A stretch of DNA of 64,000 nt from Octopus bimaculoides (taxonomy: Eukaryota), in assembly GCF_001194135.2 (NCBI RefSeq), contig NC_068986.1:61861399-61925398 (forward strand), read 5' to 3'. Shown piece by piece: positions 11,105 through 24,066 of the stretch. Within the stretch, counting starts at the first letter, position 1; every line of letters begins with the position of its first letter. The position numbers and the translations under genes were made by a program. Below the pieces are notes generated by a model. That model had not been told where the DNA came from. It saw only the letters and a program-made list of their open reading frames with translations, and searched no databases.

Positions 11105-11480
11105 TCTTTTTCTTTTGTTTCAGTCACTTTGACTGTGTCATGCTGGAGCACTGCCTTTATTCGAACAATTTGACCCCAGGACTTATTCTTTGTAAGCCTA
11201 GTATTTATTCTATCAGTCTCTTTTGCAGAACCACTAAGTTATAGGGATGTAAACACACCAACATCGGTTGTCAAGCGATGGTGGTGGTGGGGGGGGGGAA
11301 CAAACATATACATATATACATGACAGTCATCTTCCAGTTTCTGTCTACCAAATCCACTCACAAGGCTTTGGTCAGCTGAGGCTATAGTAGAAGACACTTG
11401 CCCAAGGTGCCATGCAGTGGGAATAAACCTGGAATCATGTGGTTGTAAGTAAGCTACTTGCTACACACCCGCTCCTGCAC
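11105..11480 (-). mobile_element. tRNA-derived SINE, family A (head, central domain, microsatellite, tail)
   Basis: The minus strand contains ...AACCACATGATTCCAGGTTTATTCCCACTGCATGGCACCTTGGGCAAGTGTCTTCTACTATAGCC... Related copies recur at 13270, 33330, 33600 and 47590. Confidence 0.8.
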
Positions 11481-12019
11481 CTATATCTTTCCTGAGTATC
11501 TTGCAATCACTTAGAAATTGTAAGTAGAGGCGATCTTTATTTGTCTCTAAGAATCACAAGGACCTCACTAAATAAATACAGTAAGAAATGAGTTTGATAT
11601 ATGAATTTTGTTAAAGAATTATTTTTGGTGCTCAAAATATAATACTTTATTTAGAAGTTATTAATTTTCTATGTATTAATAGAAGTTTTTTGTTATGTAA
11701 TATTATATCAGAAAAAATAATGTATGATTATAAATGGTTATTTATTGAACCTGCAAAATATTTTTGTTTTTGTGAAATAGAATAGAGAATAAAGAGACTG
11801 ATATTTTAATGGAGTTTATGATGGGAGAAAACAGGTCACCGTGTAAAAAAGAAAATTGTTAATGTTTATTTGTTACAATAAAATTTTTGGGATCTTTCTG
11901 ATTTGGCAGAAACTTTCAAATTTGGGACACTGGTAGAATGTGTCATATAAGACATCTTTTACTCTTAGTGTTATTGAGAAAATTTTATCTTTTTAAAGTT
12001 ATTTTGTGTTAAAATTGTC

Positions 12020-12675
12020 GAGACCTTTGGAAATATGCTGTGCGTGAGAAGACCCGGCAAGCCAAGTGAGACCAAAATCCAAGGCCTCTACCAGGAATGT
12101 AGCCAGCCCACTTACATGTAACATTCCTTCTTTGGACACTAAACTCCGCNNNNNNNNNNNNNNNNNNNNNNNNNNNNNNNNNNNNNNNNNNNNNNNNNNN
12201 NNNNTGTAGACTGGCAGCCATGCCAACGTCTTTTCATTCAACACTAAACTCGGCTTGAGAAGACCTGTTGGGGCAAGCAAAAGCGAAATCGTGTTGGCAC
12301 CTGTACCAGTAGATCACTAAGAGCACCGTCCAAGTGTGATCGTTGTCAAAGCACCAGCTGTCTGGATTCCATGCCGGGGGCACGTAAATAGCACCATTTG
12401 AGCGTGATCGTTACCAACATTGAGTCAGTTCGTTGCCAGTACCGATGGACTGGCTCCTGTGCAGGTGGCACGTAAAATACACCATTTCGAGCGTGGCCAT
12501 TGCCAGTACCTCCTCACTGGCCTTCGTGCCAGTGGCACGTAAAAGCACCCAGCTGTAGAAACTCTGCCAAATTAGATTGGAGCCTGGTATAGCCATCTGG
12601 TTCACCAGTCCTCAGTCAAATCGCCCAACTCATGCTAGCATGGAAAGCGGACGTTAAACGACGATGATGATGATA
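12020..12675 (+). mobile_element. RTE LINE 3' end (ORF end plus 3' UTR)
   Basis: Near-identical to 4108-4773 (GACCTTTGGAAATATGCTGTGCGTGAGAAGACCCGGCAAGCCAAGTGAGACC...) with a (GAT)n tail. Confidence 0.9.
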
Positions 12676-12729
12676 TATAAGAAATAGAACTTCAAATTAC
12701 ACTAGATGGCATCTAAGCAGCAGTGAAGG

Positions 12730-13010
12730 TGGTTTTGTGAAAGACAGAGTAAGAATGGAGTTAGAAACAGCTCAGGGAACTATATTTACCTCTACTGGCA
12801 ACAAAGGGCTTTTCTCTATGAATGAAACATGGACTGCATAATGCTTATGCATGAAGTGCAATGCAGTATGCTTAGTTAGATATGGGTGCTGAATGTGAAG
12901 GATATTTGAAAGGTGGATGTGCTTGATTTATGTGCATGGGTAATGGAGCATTGTTGAGAAGAACTGGGCACTAAAGATATCAGCCATAGTATGAAGGAGA
13001 GAAGACTGCT
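12730..13010 (+). mobile_element. Old RTE LINE fragment
   Basis: Diverged match to the RELLPLLATKG...LYDAC region (ctatatttacctctactggcaacaaagggc). Confidence 0.55.
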
Positions 13011-13269
13011 GATGCATATCAGTTTTACCAAGTTAGAATTAATCAAATAATTCTAAGGAGTTTAATATTTGGCTAAATATTTTTCTAATGCAATAACTTC
13101 ACATTTTAAAGTCAACCAACTGTGAAACCAATAATCAAAATACTTTCAATATCATGTCCACCTATCTATAAACAGGCAGTGATGAGTAATGTAATTTATT
13201 ACCGTTATTTTTAATGTCCACTTTCCCATGCTTGCAATGGGTTAGATGAATTTTGTTGAGGTAGAGGTG

Positions 13270-13575
13270 CTCTTCCTGTCACCAACCTTCACCTATTTCT
13301 AAGTAAGATAATATTTTTCTTGACCAGGCACATTTTTACAGAAGACTGAGAACAAAAGACACCACTTGCATAATGGAGACATTTGTTTCCAACTAGCAAG
13401 GAGACAGGAACACATACACAATTATATAATATGGGCTTCTTTGACACACAAGGCTTTGGTCGGCTCAGGCCTATAGCAGAAGACATGTGCCCAAGGTGCC
13501 ATGCAATGGGATCAAACCTAGAAATCATGTGGTTAAGAAGCAAACTTCTTAGCACACAACCATACCTGTGCCTAT
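13270..13575 (-). mobile_element. tRNA-derived SINE, family A
   Basis: CACAAGGCTTTGGTCGGCTCAGGCCTATAGCAGAAGACATGTGCCCAAGGTGCCATGC matches 11358-11415. Confidence 0.75.
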
Positions 13576-14059
13576 AATATACATTTGATATAAATTCAAT
13601 ACTATTCCCAGTAAAAGTTACCTACAATAAATTGGTATGAGAAATAAAGATCTCTGACCAAATGGGTTACAAATCATCATGGGTTGCAGAGTTTGACAGG
13701 ATCTGATGGGTTCCAATGTCTGTTTTGGCAAGGTTTCTATGGCTGGAGATGGGTGAAGAGTAGCACAATAGTATAAATGGTGCAGTAGAGAAGGGAAGGA
13801 GGAGAGAAAGACAGAATGGGGCTGATAGTGGTCAACGTAAAAAGTGTATGGAAAGGGCAGCATTAAGAATGAAGAATGGGTATCAAGCAAAATGGTTCTG
13901 GGTAGCAAGAAGGATTAGTGGTACCAGGAAAAAAATGGTGAGTTATGCTGTTCTGCTCACATTTAATCACAGCAGCGGATACTGCAGTTAGATAGGTGCT
14001 TAATGAAAATATTGGAAGGGGGACTAATTGCACACACACACACACACACACACAGTTCT

Positions 14060-15356
14060 TCCAGAACCTCAGTTTTTGCCAAGATGGGCAATGTTCTCAA
14101 AATCACATATTGCCAGTCAGCCCAGTTCTTTGTCAACTCCTCCAGGAGGTTCTAGGTTTGAGATTAGTCTTCACCACTTCCTCCCATATCTTCCTGGATC
14201 TCCCTCTTCTACAAGTTCCATCTACATTAAGTGATCAAGCTGTCCTCATCTACATGCATCACGGTCCACACCAGCACAGTTTCTTCTCTTGTACACTTAT
14301 ATAATTCCTCTTATGCCCACACATTGTACATCCAATGGAGCATACTTGCTTTTTTTAAAAGTTTTCCTCAAGGATTTTGCATCACTACCTTACAGCATTG
14401 CAGTTCTAAAAAGCATCACGCAATCTACCCTTTACTCTGGAAGAAAAGACCTTTGTTGTCAGCAGGTGGTAGTAGTTCTCTGAACTTTTCCCAACATATT
14501 CTTACTGTAGCAACCATTAATTGTATCTCCTAAATAACAAAAGCTATCAGTTACTGCTAGTGAGCCATCCCAACATTTAAGAGAAGTATGTACAGTGCAT
14601 CTGTTGTATATGAAGCTTACATTCTCATTTATGTGACTCCACTACATCTTGTGTATCTTAGGTTAAATAGATACATCATGTAGAGTTTATACCTACTGCT
14701 TTTCTGCATAGTGAGTGATGGCAATTTCCCTGAAGATACCAGGTTTCTTTCCTATTTAGGAAAACCTTTGTACTTGCTAGGTTTATTTTAAAATCTCTTA
14801 ATTCTAGGTTTAACTTCTAAACCTGGTATTTTCTCTTAGATTTTTCTACAGATTTAACTAAGAGAACTAGATCATCAGTATATGAACTCTCATGGACATC
14901 CCTCTTAAATGCTTCAGTGATGGCCTGTAGGATTATGATGAATAGGAGAGGGCCAAGGATTGAACTTTTGATAAGCTCTTCCTTTAACACCAAATTAATC
15001 ACTGAAATTGTCTTCAACTCTCACTTTACATACTGCATCTTTGAACAAAGATTGTACAGCCCTCACAAGACATTCATTTACACCTTTCCTCAGAGACCAG
15101 AGACCACTACCTGTCAAGCATCTTGAAATCAACAAAAGCAATAAATAGCAGTTATTCTTAGCCAAGTATTTCTCCTGCAGTTGCTTCTGGATACAAAGCC
15201 AAACTGCATTTCATTTAAGTCGCCTCTGTTATGGATTAATAGTGAGAATACTCTCTTCATGACCTTCATAATCTAATCTAGTAGTTTGACTCTTCCATAG
15301 TTGCTTCTCTCTAGGGTATCTCCTTTACCTTTGTAGCAGTTTATAACAATACTGCA
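14060..15356 (-). mobile_element. Old RTE LINE, 3' part (split by the Gypsy insertion)
   Basis: Minus strand encodes SIVINCYKGKG, SSILGPLLFIIILQAIT, YTDDL and GRSRKIWEEVV. Confidence 0.8.
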
Positions 15357-15407
15357 TGTTGCGGAAGGATCCTGACTACTCCCACACGACAAAAAGTGGA
15401 CTAACAC

Positions 15408-16197
15408 ATCATCATCATCATTGTTTAACGTCCGCTTTCCATGCTAGCATGGGTTGGATGGTTTGACTGGGGACTGGTGAGCCAGATGACTGCACCAGGC
15501 CCCAATCTGATCTGGCAGAGTTTCTACAGCTGGATGCCCTTCCTAACGCCAACCACTTTGAAAGTGTAGTTGGTGCTTTTACGTGCCACTAGCACGAGGG
15601 CCAGTCAGGCGGTTCTGGCAACGGCCATGCTCAAATGGTGTTTTTACGTGTCACCTGCACAGGAGCCAGTCCAACGATACTGGCAACGCCCTCGCTCAAA
15701 TGTTGTTTTTCACATACCACCGGCACAAGTGCCAGTAAGGGGACACTGATAACAATCACACTGAAATGGTGCTTTTTATGTGCCACCGGCACGGAGGCCA
15801 CACAGTGGCCCTGGCTACAATCACACTTGGATGGTGCTCTTAGCGCTCCACTAGCACAGATGCCAGTCATGCGGTGCTGTCATCGAATTTGATTTCAATT
15901 TCACTTGCCTCAACAGGTCTTAGTAAGCAGAGTTTAGTGTCCAATAAAAGAAAGGTACGCCACTGGCATAGGCCACGGGTTATAGTCTCACTTGGCTTGC
16001 CAGGTCTTCTCAAGCACAGCATATTTCCAAAAGTCTCGGTCACTAGTTATAGCCTCGGTGAGGCCTAATGTTCGGAGGTCGTGTTTCACCACCTCATCCC
16101 AGGTCTTCCTAGGCCTGCCTCTTCCACGGGTTCCTTCAACTGCTAGGGTGTGGCACTTTTTCACACAGCTATCCTCATCCATTCTCGCCACATGTCC
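15408..16197 (-). mobile_element. Young RTE LINE 3' end inserted into the Gypsy 5' LTR
   Basis: Minus ORF MARMDEDSCVKKCHTLAVEGTRGRGRPRKTWDEVV...QAK* plus a full 3' UTR and (GAT)n tail at 15408-15420. Confidence 0.9.
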
Positions 16198-19100
16198 AGA
16201 AAAAGTTGGCTCCAGCCAAGTATGAAAAATACTGCAACTATATATTACCGAAGAGACTGGGGAGAAGTCTGTTTTAAAGAAACTACTGAGAAAAGCTCTT
16301 TATTTAATATGCGCTGGCAATGCATGAATATTACAAAAAAAAAGAGGATGAAGATTTTATTACATATGCTGGAATTGTTAATAGACAATGTGAAAAATTT
16401 GAAGTTAATTAACTACCACCAGATATGTTTAAATGCTTAATTTTCATGAAACGTTTAATGGTAAAGAAAGATGTAAAAATTTGTGACCAAATTCCGACTA
16501 AATTAGAACAGAATTAGAAGCTAACACTACAAGAAATATCTGTGGAATGCCAGAGAATAATAAACTGAAGGCATGATGTGAAACAAATCAAAGTGAGAAA
16601 CAGCTTTCATATACAATCAGGATGACTGAAAGCAAGAAATGGAAAGCAGAAAATTAGCTCTCATATACAATCAAGACGAATCTAAGTAAGTAATGAAAAA
16701 CAGAAAATTAACCCATGTTTTGGATGTGGAGAACTACAGTACAAATTCAACTGTCCTTATAAAAATCGAAAATGCTTCAAGTGTAGTAAGATAGGTCATA
16801 AAAGATCACACTGTAAAACAAAACCTAGAAAATGGTTCAACAGAAAAAAAAAAAAAAAAAATCATGTATACAGTTTATCGGTGACTAGAAATACAAATGA
16901 GCCTCAAAGGAAATTTGTGTATGTAAAAATTAATAATACAAATGTAAAATTACAGGTAGATACAAGTAATGACATTACTTAAATTAATGAAAACACATGG
17001 AAAAAAATCGGGAAACCTACACTGCAGAAAACATTAAAAATTGCTCATGGATTATATTCATTTTTAAAGGTGAAATTTTTTGTAACGTTATATTTCACAG
17101 TATGTAACCTTTTTTGGAACTGACTGGATAGAACTGTTTGACTTATGGGATTTACCCATAGGTAATTTTTGTAAAAATATAATGGGGTTGTGCACCAGTT
17201 TAAATACAGAGTGAGAAAATTTAATAAAATATGTGAAAACATTGTTCCCTGATGTTTTCTAGGACGAGTTGGGTCAGTGCAATAAATTCAAAGCGAAATT
17301 TCAGGTGAAAGAAAATGCATTACCAGTTTTCAAATGCAAAGGTAACGTACCATTTGCAGCACTGGAACAGGTAAATAAGGAATTAGACAGACTGGAAAAA
17401 AATGGGAGTGATTGAAAAGACTGATTACTCAGAATGGGCAAGTCCAACCGTGTACATTAAAAAAAAAAAGAACAGTAAAATACATGTTTGTGCAGATTTC
17501 TCAATGGGGCTAAGCAACTGTTTAAAACAGTATAACTACCCATTACTTAGTCCAGAGGAAATCTTCTTGAAACTAATTGGGGGTAAATTGTTCTCAAAAT
17601 TAAATCTGTCTGATGTCTACTTACAGATACAAGTGGAAGACAAATGTTCTAAGCTACTAACAATCAATACACATAAAGGTTTGCACAAGTTTAACTGACT
17701 TCTATTTGGCATAGAAGTTGTTCTGGCTAGATTTCAACAAGTGATGGATACGATGCTTGCAGAGTCTGACTTTGTAATAGCCTACCTAGATGATATATTA
17801 ATTAAAAATGAATCCTGAGATCAGCATGTCAAACACGTAAAATGTGTTTGAAAAAATAAGGGATTATGGCTTCACTTTGGAGAAGTGCGATTTTTTCTTA
17901 CCTCAAATTAAACATTTAGGATAAATTATTGATAGCAATGGTTGTTGTTGACCAGATCTGTTTAGGGCAGATGCAATTAAAAAAATGCCCCCTCCAACAA
18001 ATATATCTACCTTGCAAGCTTTTCTGGGACTTGTAAACTATTATTTATATATCAAATATGCATAAAGTAAGAGCTCCACTAAATAATCTACTAAAAAAGA
18101 TGTAAAGTGGAATTGGTCTGAAAATGGTCAGAAGTCATTCAACAAAATTAAAAAGGTATTAACATCTGATTTATCTTTAATACATTTTGATCTTGCAGCA
18201 GAGATTGTAGTAGCTTTAGATGCCTCTGAATACGGTACCGGAGCTGTAATGCTACTTAAATATAAAGATGGTAACACGAAGGCTGTGGTTTATGCCTCAC
18301 ATTCGCTACTACCTGCAGAAAAATATTACATCCACATTAAAAAAGAGGCTCTAGCAATTATTTTTGCTATAAAAAAATTTCATAGATTTATACATGGTAG
18401 AAATTTTTGACTACAGACAGATCATTGTCCATTATTATCAATATATGGGTCGAAGAAAGGAATGCCTACCCTACACTGCTACTAGGTTGCAACACTGGGG
18501 TACTATATTACTAAACTATGACTTTAAGATGGAGTTTATACCATTTCACATTGGTTACCCAGGGATTTCGAGAATTAAATCTTTAATGAGAAGTTATGTG
18601 TATTAGCCAAGAATGGACTGTAACATTGAAGAACTAACGAAAGCATGCAGAGGTTGTGCCCTAGCTGCAAAAGAACCTACCACTAAATGGCAACCATGAC
18701 CAAAAACAGATATTCCATGGTCCAGACTGCATGTTGGTTATGCAGGTCCACTTAACGATTCTTATTACCTTGTGGTAGATAGTTTTTCTAAGTGGCCAGA
18801 AGTGTGTAAGTGTAAAAAGCTGACATCTGCAGTTACAGTAAGTTTTTTACACAAATTGTTCACCAGATATGGTATTCCTGATACCATTGTGCCTGATAAT
18901 GGAACTCAGTTTACTTCAAATGAGTTCAAAAAATTTTGTAAAATGTTCATTATGCCGTCACATATCACGCTAGGTCAAATGGACAAGCAGAGCATTTTGT
19001 TGATATTTTAAAGAGGGCTTTAAAAAAAGCGAACATTTCAGCAATTTCTATGAGTGTACCGAGTAACACCTAATCTGAATACTCCATCTGAAATGTCACC

Positions 19101-19662
19101 TGTGGAATTAATGTTTGCCAGAAAGATTAGATCTGTCTTTGACAAGTTGATACTGAGTAAAAACAGAAAAATGGTGAACAACAAATATACGTCAAAATAG
19201 TTCAAGTAGTGTGACAAAGGTATTTTTAAATTGTACAGATATGATAAAGAAAGCTGGGGGGGGGGGACATTGTAATTATTAAACAAATTGGAAAAAATGT
19301 TATTCCTGGTAAAAGGAAAAAATTTTGAACATTCTGAACGGCGGTGCATAAACATGGCCACAGCTGTGAGCTGAAACTACAGAAGAAAAAAAACATAAAA
19401 GACATAAACCAACTTAAAAAAAGATGTATGGAAGAAACAGTCACAAAAGATGAAATCACCATGGAAGTATTGTATGATATGTTTATGTTTGAGGTACCAA
19501 CACCCAAACAAATTGAAACTACAGGTTCAAGTAACAGAAAAAGGAAAAGAATGAAAATACTGGAATTAAATCGTAAGCATAAGAGATATTAAAACTCTGG
19601 ACAGAGTTTGATTTTCAAAACGGAAAGAAGTTATAGAAGGCTCATTCTCAAAAAAGGGAAGA

Positions 19663-19937
19663 TGTGAAAGGATCCTGACCATCTCCACCAAAAGTGGACT
19701 AATGTATTTCAATAAATAAAGAACTGTCGAGTTGATATTTGGCAGTTGACAGCATTGATCGTTCATATTGGATTACTGTGTTAGTTTAATATCATACCTA
19801 CATTTGGTGTAGTATGGGGTACATTCTGCGTGAACATATTAACTCTGTGAAAGGTTATTCTTGATAACCATATCCAAATATTTATTTAGGTAATACTATT
19901 CCTACACCCTTGTGCACACCCCAACGTCGTTATAACA
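19663..19937 (+). repeat. Gypsy 3' LTR
   Basis: Follows the PPT; TGT...ACA termini; its first ~45 nt (aaggatcctgac...aaaagtggactaa) are shared with 15357-15407. The exact right end (19937 or 19969) is uncertain. Confidence 0.7.
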
Positions 19938-19969
19938 ATAATGGCGATGAGATATTCAAACCCATGACA

Positions 19970-20400
19970 TACACTACAATACCAGTCATTGGGTTTGACA
20001 CAATTCTATATGCCTTAACTCTCTGAGTTATTCTGAGTGTCTCTGCAACTATCCCTGATGGACCCTTGATGTTCTCCCTGTTCTTAATTGCTTTATCTAT
20101 CAGACTGCTGTCAACTTCAGTTGCTGATACCTCTATAAGGTCAGCACAAGGTGGCTCTTCCATATCTCATGAGTTCTCTATGTTCAACAGCCTCTCATAA
20201 TAGCACTTCTATGCCACTTTCTTGTCTTCCATATCAATGGTGAGAATGTTTACATCATTCCAAATACACTTCTCACCAATGACATATTGGTTTCCTTTCA
20301 CACACCTCTGATTGTCACATTGCAAGACACATGCAAATTTCTTCCTTTCTGTTTCACTCTTAGCTAAGTACACCCACCACCTTGTTCCTCTTTTATCCAT
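19970..20400 (-). mobile_element. Old RTE LINE, upstream part (continuation of 14060-15356)
   Basis: Minus strand encodes RWWVYLAKSETERKKFACVL, GPSGIVAETL and PNDW, stopping at about the motif where the 15356 piece resumes. Confidence 0.7.
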
Positions 20401-20410
20401 TTGATAATGC

Positions 20411-20411
20411 T

Positions 20412-20445
<34 letters not shown>
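20411..20445. repeat. (ACT)n microsatellite
   Basis: About 10 perfect ACT units. Confidence 0.9.
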
Positions 20446-20448
<3 letters not shown>

Positions 20449-21174
20449 TTTCTTCCAGGTTTTCCAAGACTATCTCTTACCCTTTATGGCCCTAACAACT
20501 GTGTCATTCCACCACAACATTATCTTTATTTGGGTGGGACTTTATCCCATCCATGTCTGATCTGTACCCTAAGCAGGTTAATTCATAGAAATTCCGAGTT
20601 GTCATCCATGCAAAATCTTTCTCTTGAGGTCTTGAAAGGAAATAATATTAAGCTATGATAATGTGCTGTAAAAGTATCCATGTGCATATGTTTAACTGAG
20701 GGGGAGATTCATTCATCAATTAATAATAGTTACTGATAAATGCTGCATAACACAGAATTAATGTCCTATGGAAAGGAAAGAGGGACAAGGATATTCCCCA
20801 GCTTCTAAAAGATCATAACAACTAGAATACATATCACTATAGTCTCAAGACAACTAGGATAAAGAAAAACCAAAAGCATTGATCCTACTTTACACAAACA
20901 AAAGTAATTAGGGGTAAATAAATTTGAAGAATAAAATAAAACTTGACGCAAATATTTTGTTACAGTTCAGTTTCTTTTTCATCAATATCTTGCAAGTTTC
21001 CGTAATCTTGTAGTCCAAAATATAATGTGCAAAGCAGAATCTACATTTAAAAGTATATCTGAAGATTAAGTGGAAAGTTTGTTTCATAAAACGTATCTTA
21101 ATAAAGGAAATTAAAAAGATTTTAAGAAAATAGAACATTAAGAATTTAAACAATATAGGTGCTTAAAATATAAT

Positions 21175-21400
21175 CATCATCATTTAATGTCTGTTTTCCA
21201 TGCTGGTATGGGTTGGATGGTTTGACAGGAGCTGGCAACGCTGGGAGCTGCACCAAGAGCTGTACAGTTTGATGCCCTTTCTAATGCTAACCACTTTACA
21301 CAATGTATTGGGTGCTTTTTATGTGGGACCATCACCAGTGCTTTTAATATGACACCAGAACTGATAAGGTCACCAAGTATTGAAGGGGTGCAGCTTTGTG
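21175..21400 (-). mobile_element. Diverged RTE 3' tail
   Basis: catcatcatttaatgtctgttttccatgctggtatgggttggatgg... is a diverged reverse complement of the RTE tail. Confidence 0.7.
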
Positions 21401-21745
21401 CCAGTTGAGAGATCTAAAGTATAGCAGGGGTAGATAAGGTGTCTTGCTGTATCATAGATACATGGACACCTCAGTTGGAAAACAAAGGGAAGTAAGTTAG
21501 AGAGTGAGACAAAGAAAGTGATACTGAAAGAGATGATGGCAAAGATGTGTCAGAATATGCCCTTGAGGTGTAATGATATAGGGGCTTGGGCTGGGTGAGT
21601 GGGCAGGATGAGGTGACTGTAGAAAATGATGGAGAGAAACATAAAACTAGTTTACAAATTTACAAACTCAAATATAAAAATTGACACTGTCAATTTATAA
21701 TATTTATTGCTGAAACAAAAGTCATTTAAGCTAAAGTTAACTTAC

Positions 21746-23183
21746 CTTTTACGCTTGTATGGAGATTTAGGCATATCAGCTGTAGGAATTAACTGTTCTC
21801 CAGGACGTGACCACAAAATTGGGCCGTCATTACTTTCTCGCCTGTCTTTCATCTTTACTGAAGCTAATTCTCCCCATGGCATTGTAACTCGGAGAAATGG
21901 GTTTTCTTCCAGCATGTCTAAAAATTCAGGGAAATAATCTCCAACTTCTTCATGCACAGTGCCAACAAGGCTGAGCTGAAGGAGTGGTCCTGTCCGCACA
22001 GTTCCATTTTCATATGTTTTATATACCATATCGCAATAAGCTGCCATGGATTTGGTTTCAATATCAGATTTTCCCAGCACACCTGTTTTCACAGTTAGAT
22101 TTGAATAATCAGATGCAAAATACTCTAAAAAATCAGGCATATATGCAGCTGCATTATGGACAATGCCCATGACACAGTTAGAAACCCCCTCTGACTCTTC
22201 ATCAAAGACAACATGAAAAAATTCTTTTGTGAATTCAAGCATTTGTTCTGAAGACAGCTTATCGAGCTCTTCTTGGTAGGAATGCAATACCATGGCTCCA
22301 CCATTAGTGTAATATTCAAAATGCATGTAATCACGGTATTTCAAGACTTCAGTAGGCTCATCACTATTTTCTACAGTAACTGGAGGAGGCTCCGTTTTTA
22401 GAGATTTAATAGTGTGATCAAAATCAGTAGAAAGAGAGATCTTTAGGTCATTCAAGCTGTGCATAGTAGATTTAGGTCTAGTTTCTTTATTTGTCTGTAT
22501 CCCTTTACTAGACATAGAACGTCGACTGTGACACTCTAGTTTCTGGGCAACTTCAGCTTTTCGGTCAGCATGTAAAGAAGAATGTTCTCTCCGCAATGAG
22601 TCTTTATCATGGTGGTTACTAGAAAGTTTTAAGGAAACTTGAACAGATTTGTTCTCTGTTCGCCGCCGAAGATTTACTTGTACACCACAGTTACTAACAA
22701 TCCTTTTCTTTGGAGGCGGCTTCGCATGAGCCACACATGAAGAATTTCCGTTAACTCGCTTTGAAGCAGCTTCATCAGTTGTGTCTTTCTTTTTGATGTT
22801 TTCTTTTTCAGAGGTATGAATATGTTGCTTGAAGTTGGTGGATTTCTCAAACTGAGACTCACACTTATGGTGGTGGTGATGAGGATGTATGTTATGATGA
22901 TGATGGTGATGTTGAGAATGATGATGAGAATGATGATGATGATGTTTTCGTTTATCTTTGTCTCCAGATATAAAAGATGGTATTTCCTGACTTCCAGAGA
23001 CACTACTTTCACTATGACCAGCCTTTGATTTCTTCATACACATACCATGTGCTTTTTGAGAACCACCACTACTGCTACTACAAGACTCGGACTTCATCGT
23101 TTTAGCTTTTTCTTTCTTTTTGAGATTTACTATAGGTGTCTGTGAACATGATTTAGCATCTTGGATTGGTGATTCATGAAGAT
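21746..23183 (-). CDS. RSBN1: RSBN1/RSBN1L-like lysine demethylase, coding exon 2 (His-rich tract plus conserved RSBN1 core)
   Basis: Acceptor tctctttacag| at 23184, in frame with the 451-aa ORF. Donor AG|GTAAGT after 21746. The translation NGGAMVLHSY...GIVHNAAAYMPDFLEYF...GPLLQLSLVGTVHEEVGDYFPEFLDMLEENPFL...WG...DGPILWSRPGEQLIPTADMPKSPYKRKR matches my recollection of the vertebrate RSBN1/RSBN1L core (EEVGDYFPEFLDMLEESPFL; PGEQMIPTADMPKSPFKRRR). Confidence 0.93.
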
Positions 23184-24066
23184 CTGTAAAGAGATTTTTA
23201 AAAAAATGTCAACAAAAATACATTGAAAAGAATTATCTAATACTTAACAAATTAACTGCACACTTACTTTTACTCCAAACTTTATTTAAAAAAAAAAATT
23301 GTTGTTTAGTTCTAGGTCAGCCCTAAATGAACAACCCTATGATCCAGTGTAATTGTGTAATTTAAGGAAAAAATGTAGCTGCTATTTCTTGCAGGTTGAA
23401 TGACTGCATAAAGGTTCCTTTGTTAGTTCATCTATCTTCTATTTTCTTTATATATACACACACACACACAACAAAAAAAAAGAAAAAAAAACAAATAGAA
23501 TGAAATTATATTCTATGTTATAAAATTATCACAAAATGGATTATATATTCACATAAAATATTAAATGTAGAAAAGTTGAATCAAAAATATCTTTAAAAAA
23601 AAGTACTTTCAAAATATATAAATAGTAACAAATATTTAAAACAGTTAAAATAAACTAAATGCTATTCATTGTAAAGAAATATTATGTTGGTATTTTTTTT
23701 TTTAATATACAGTAGAATCTTGAAGTATGAGTGCACCATTGTTGAGTAATTTGCTGCACAAGCAAGGCTTGTGTGAATTTTTGTCTTGAAGTATGAGCAG
23801 AAATCTGCAGTGCAAGTGAGTTTCATACAAGCGACCACTAGTCAGCGCTGAGCTTGCACACACTCTCCCAACAAGTGCAGTCTCTGCTCGCTCAGTTCAT
23901 GTGTTTATCTTGTAGCAGCATCCCTATTGTGTTTTACCCAGTGTTTTTTTTTTTTTAGTTTTGTGCATTTTTTACCATTATTTTATAATAATCAGTTGTG
24001 TTAGCCATGGATCCTAAGAAGATTAGTGCAAAGGACAGTGTTGAGAAGAAAAAACGGATTACGATA

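Larger units (their letters stand above)
15357..19937 (+). mobile_element. Ty3/Gypsy LTR retrotransposon, degenerate
   Basis: Two gag knuckles (CFGCGE..KFNC and CFKCSKIGHKRSHC, ~16720-16815), protease LQVDTS (~16950), RT SEWASPTVYIKKK and YLDDILI (~17780), RNase H DASEYG (~18220), integrase VDSFSKWPEV and DNGTQFTS. A polypurine tract AAAAAAGGGAAGA precedes the 3' LTR starting TG at 19663. The 5' LTR remnant 15357-15407 matches the start of the 3' LTR. Confidence 0.88.
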
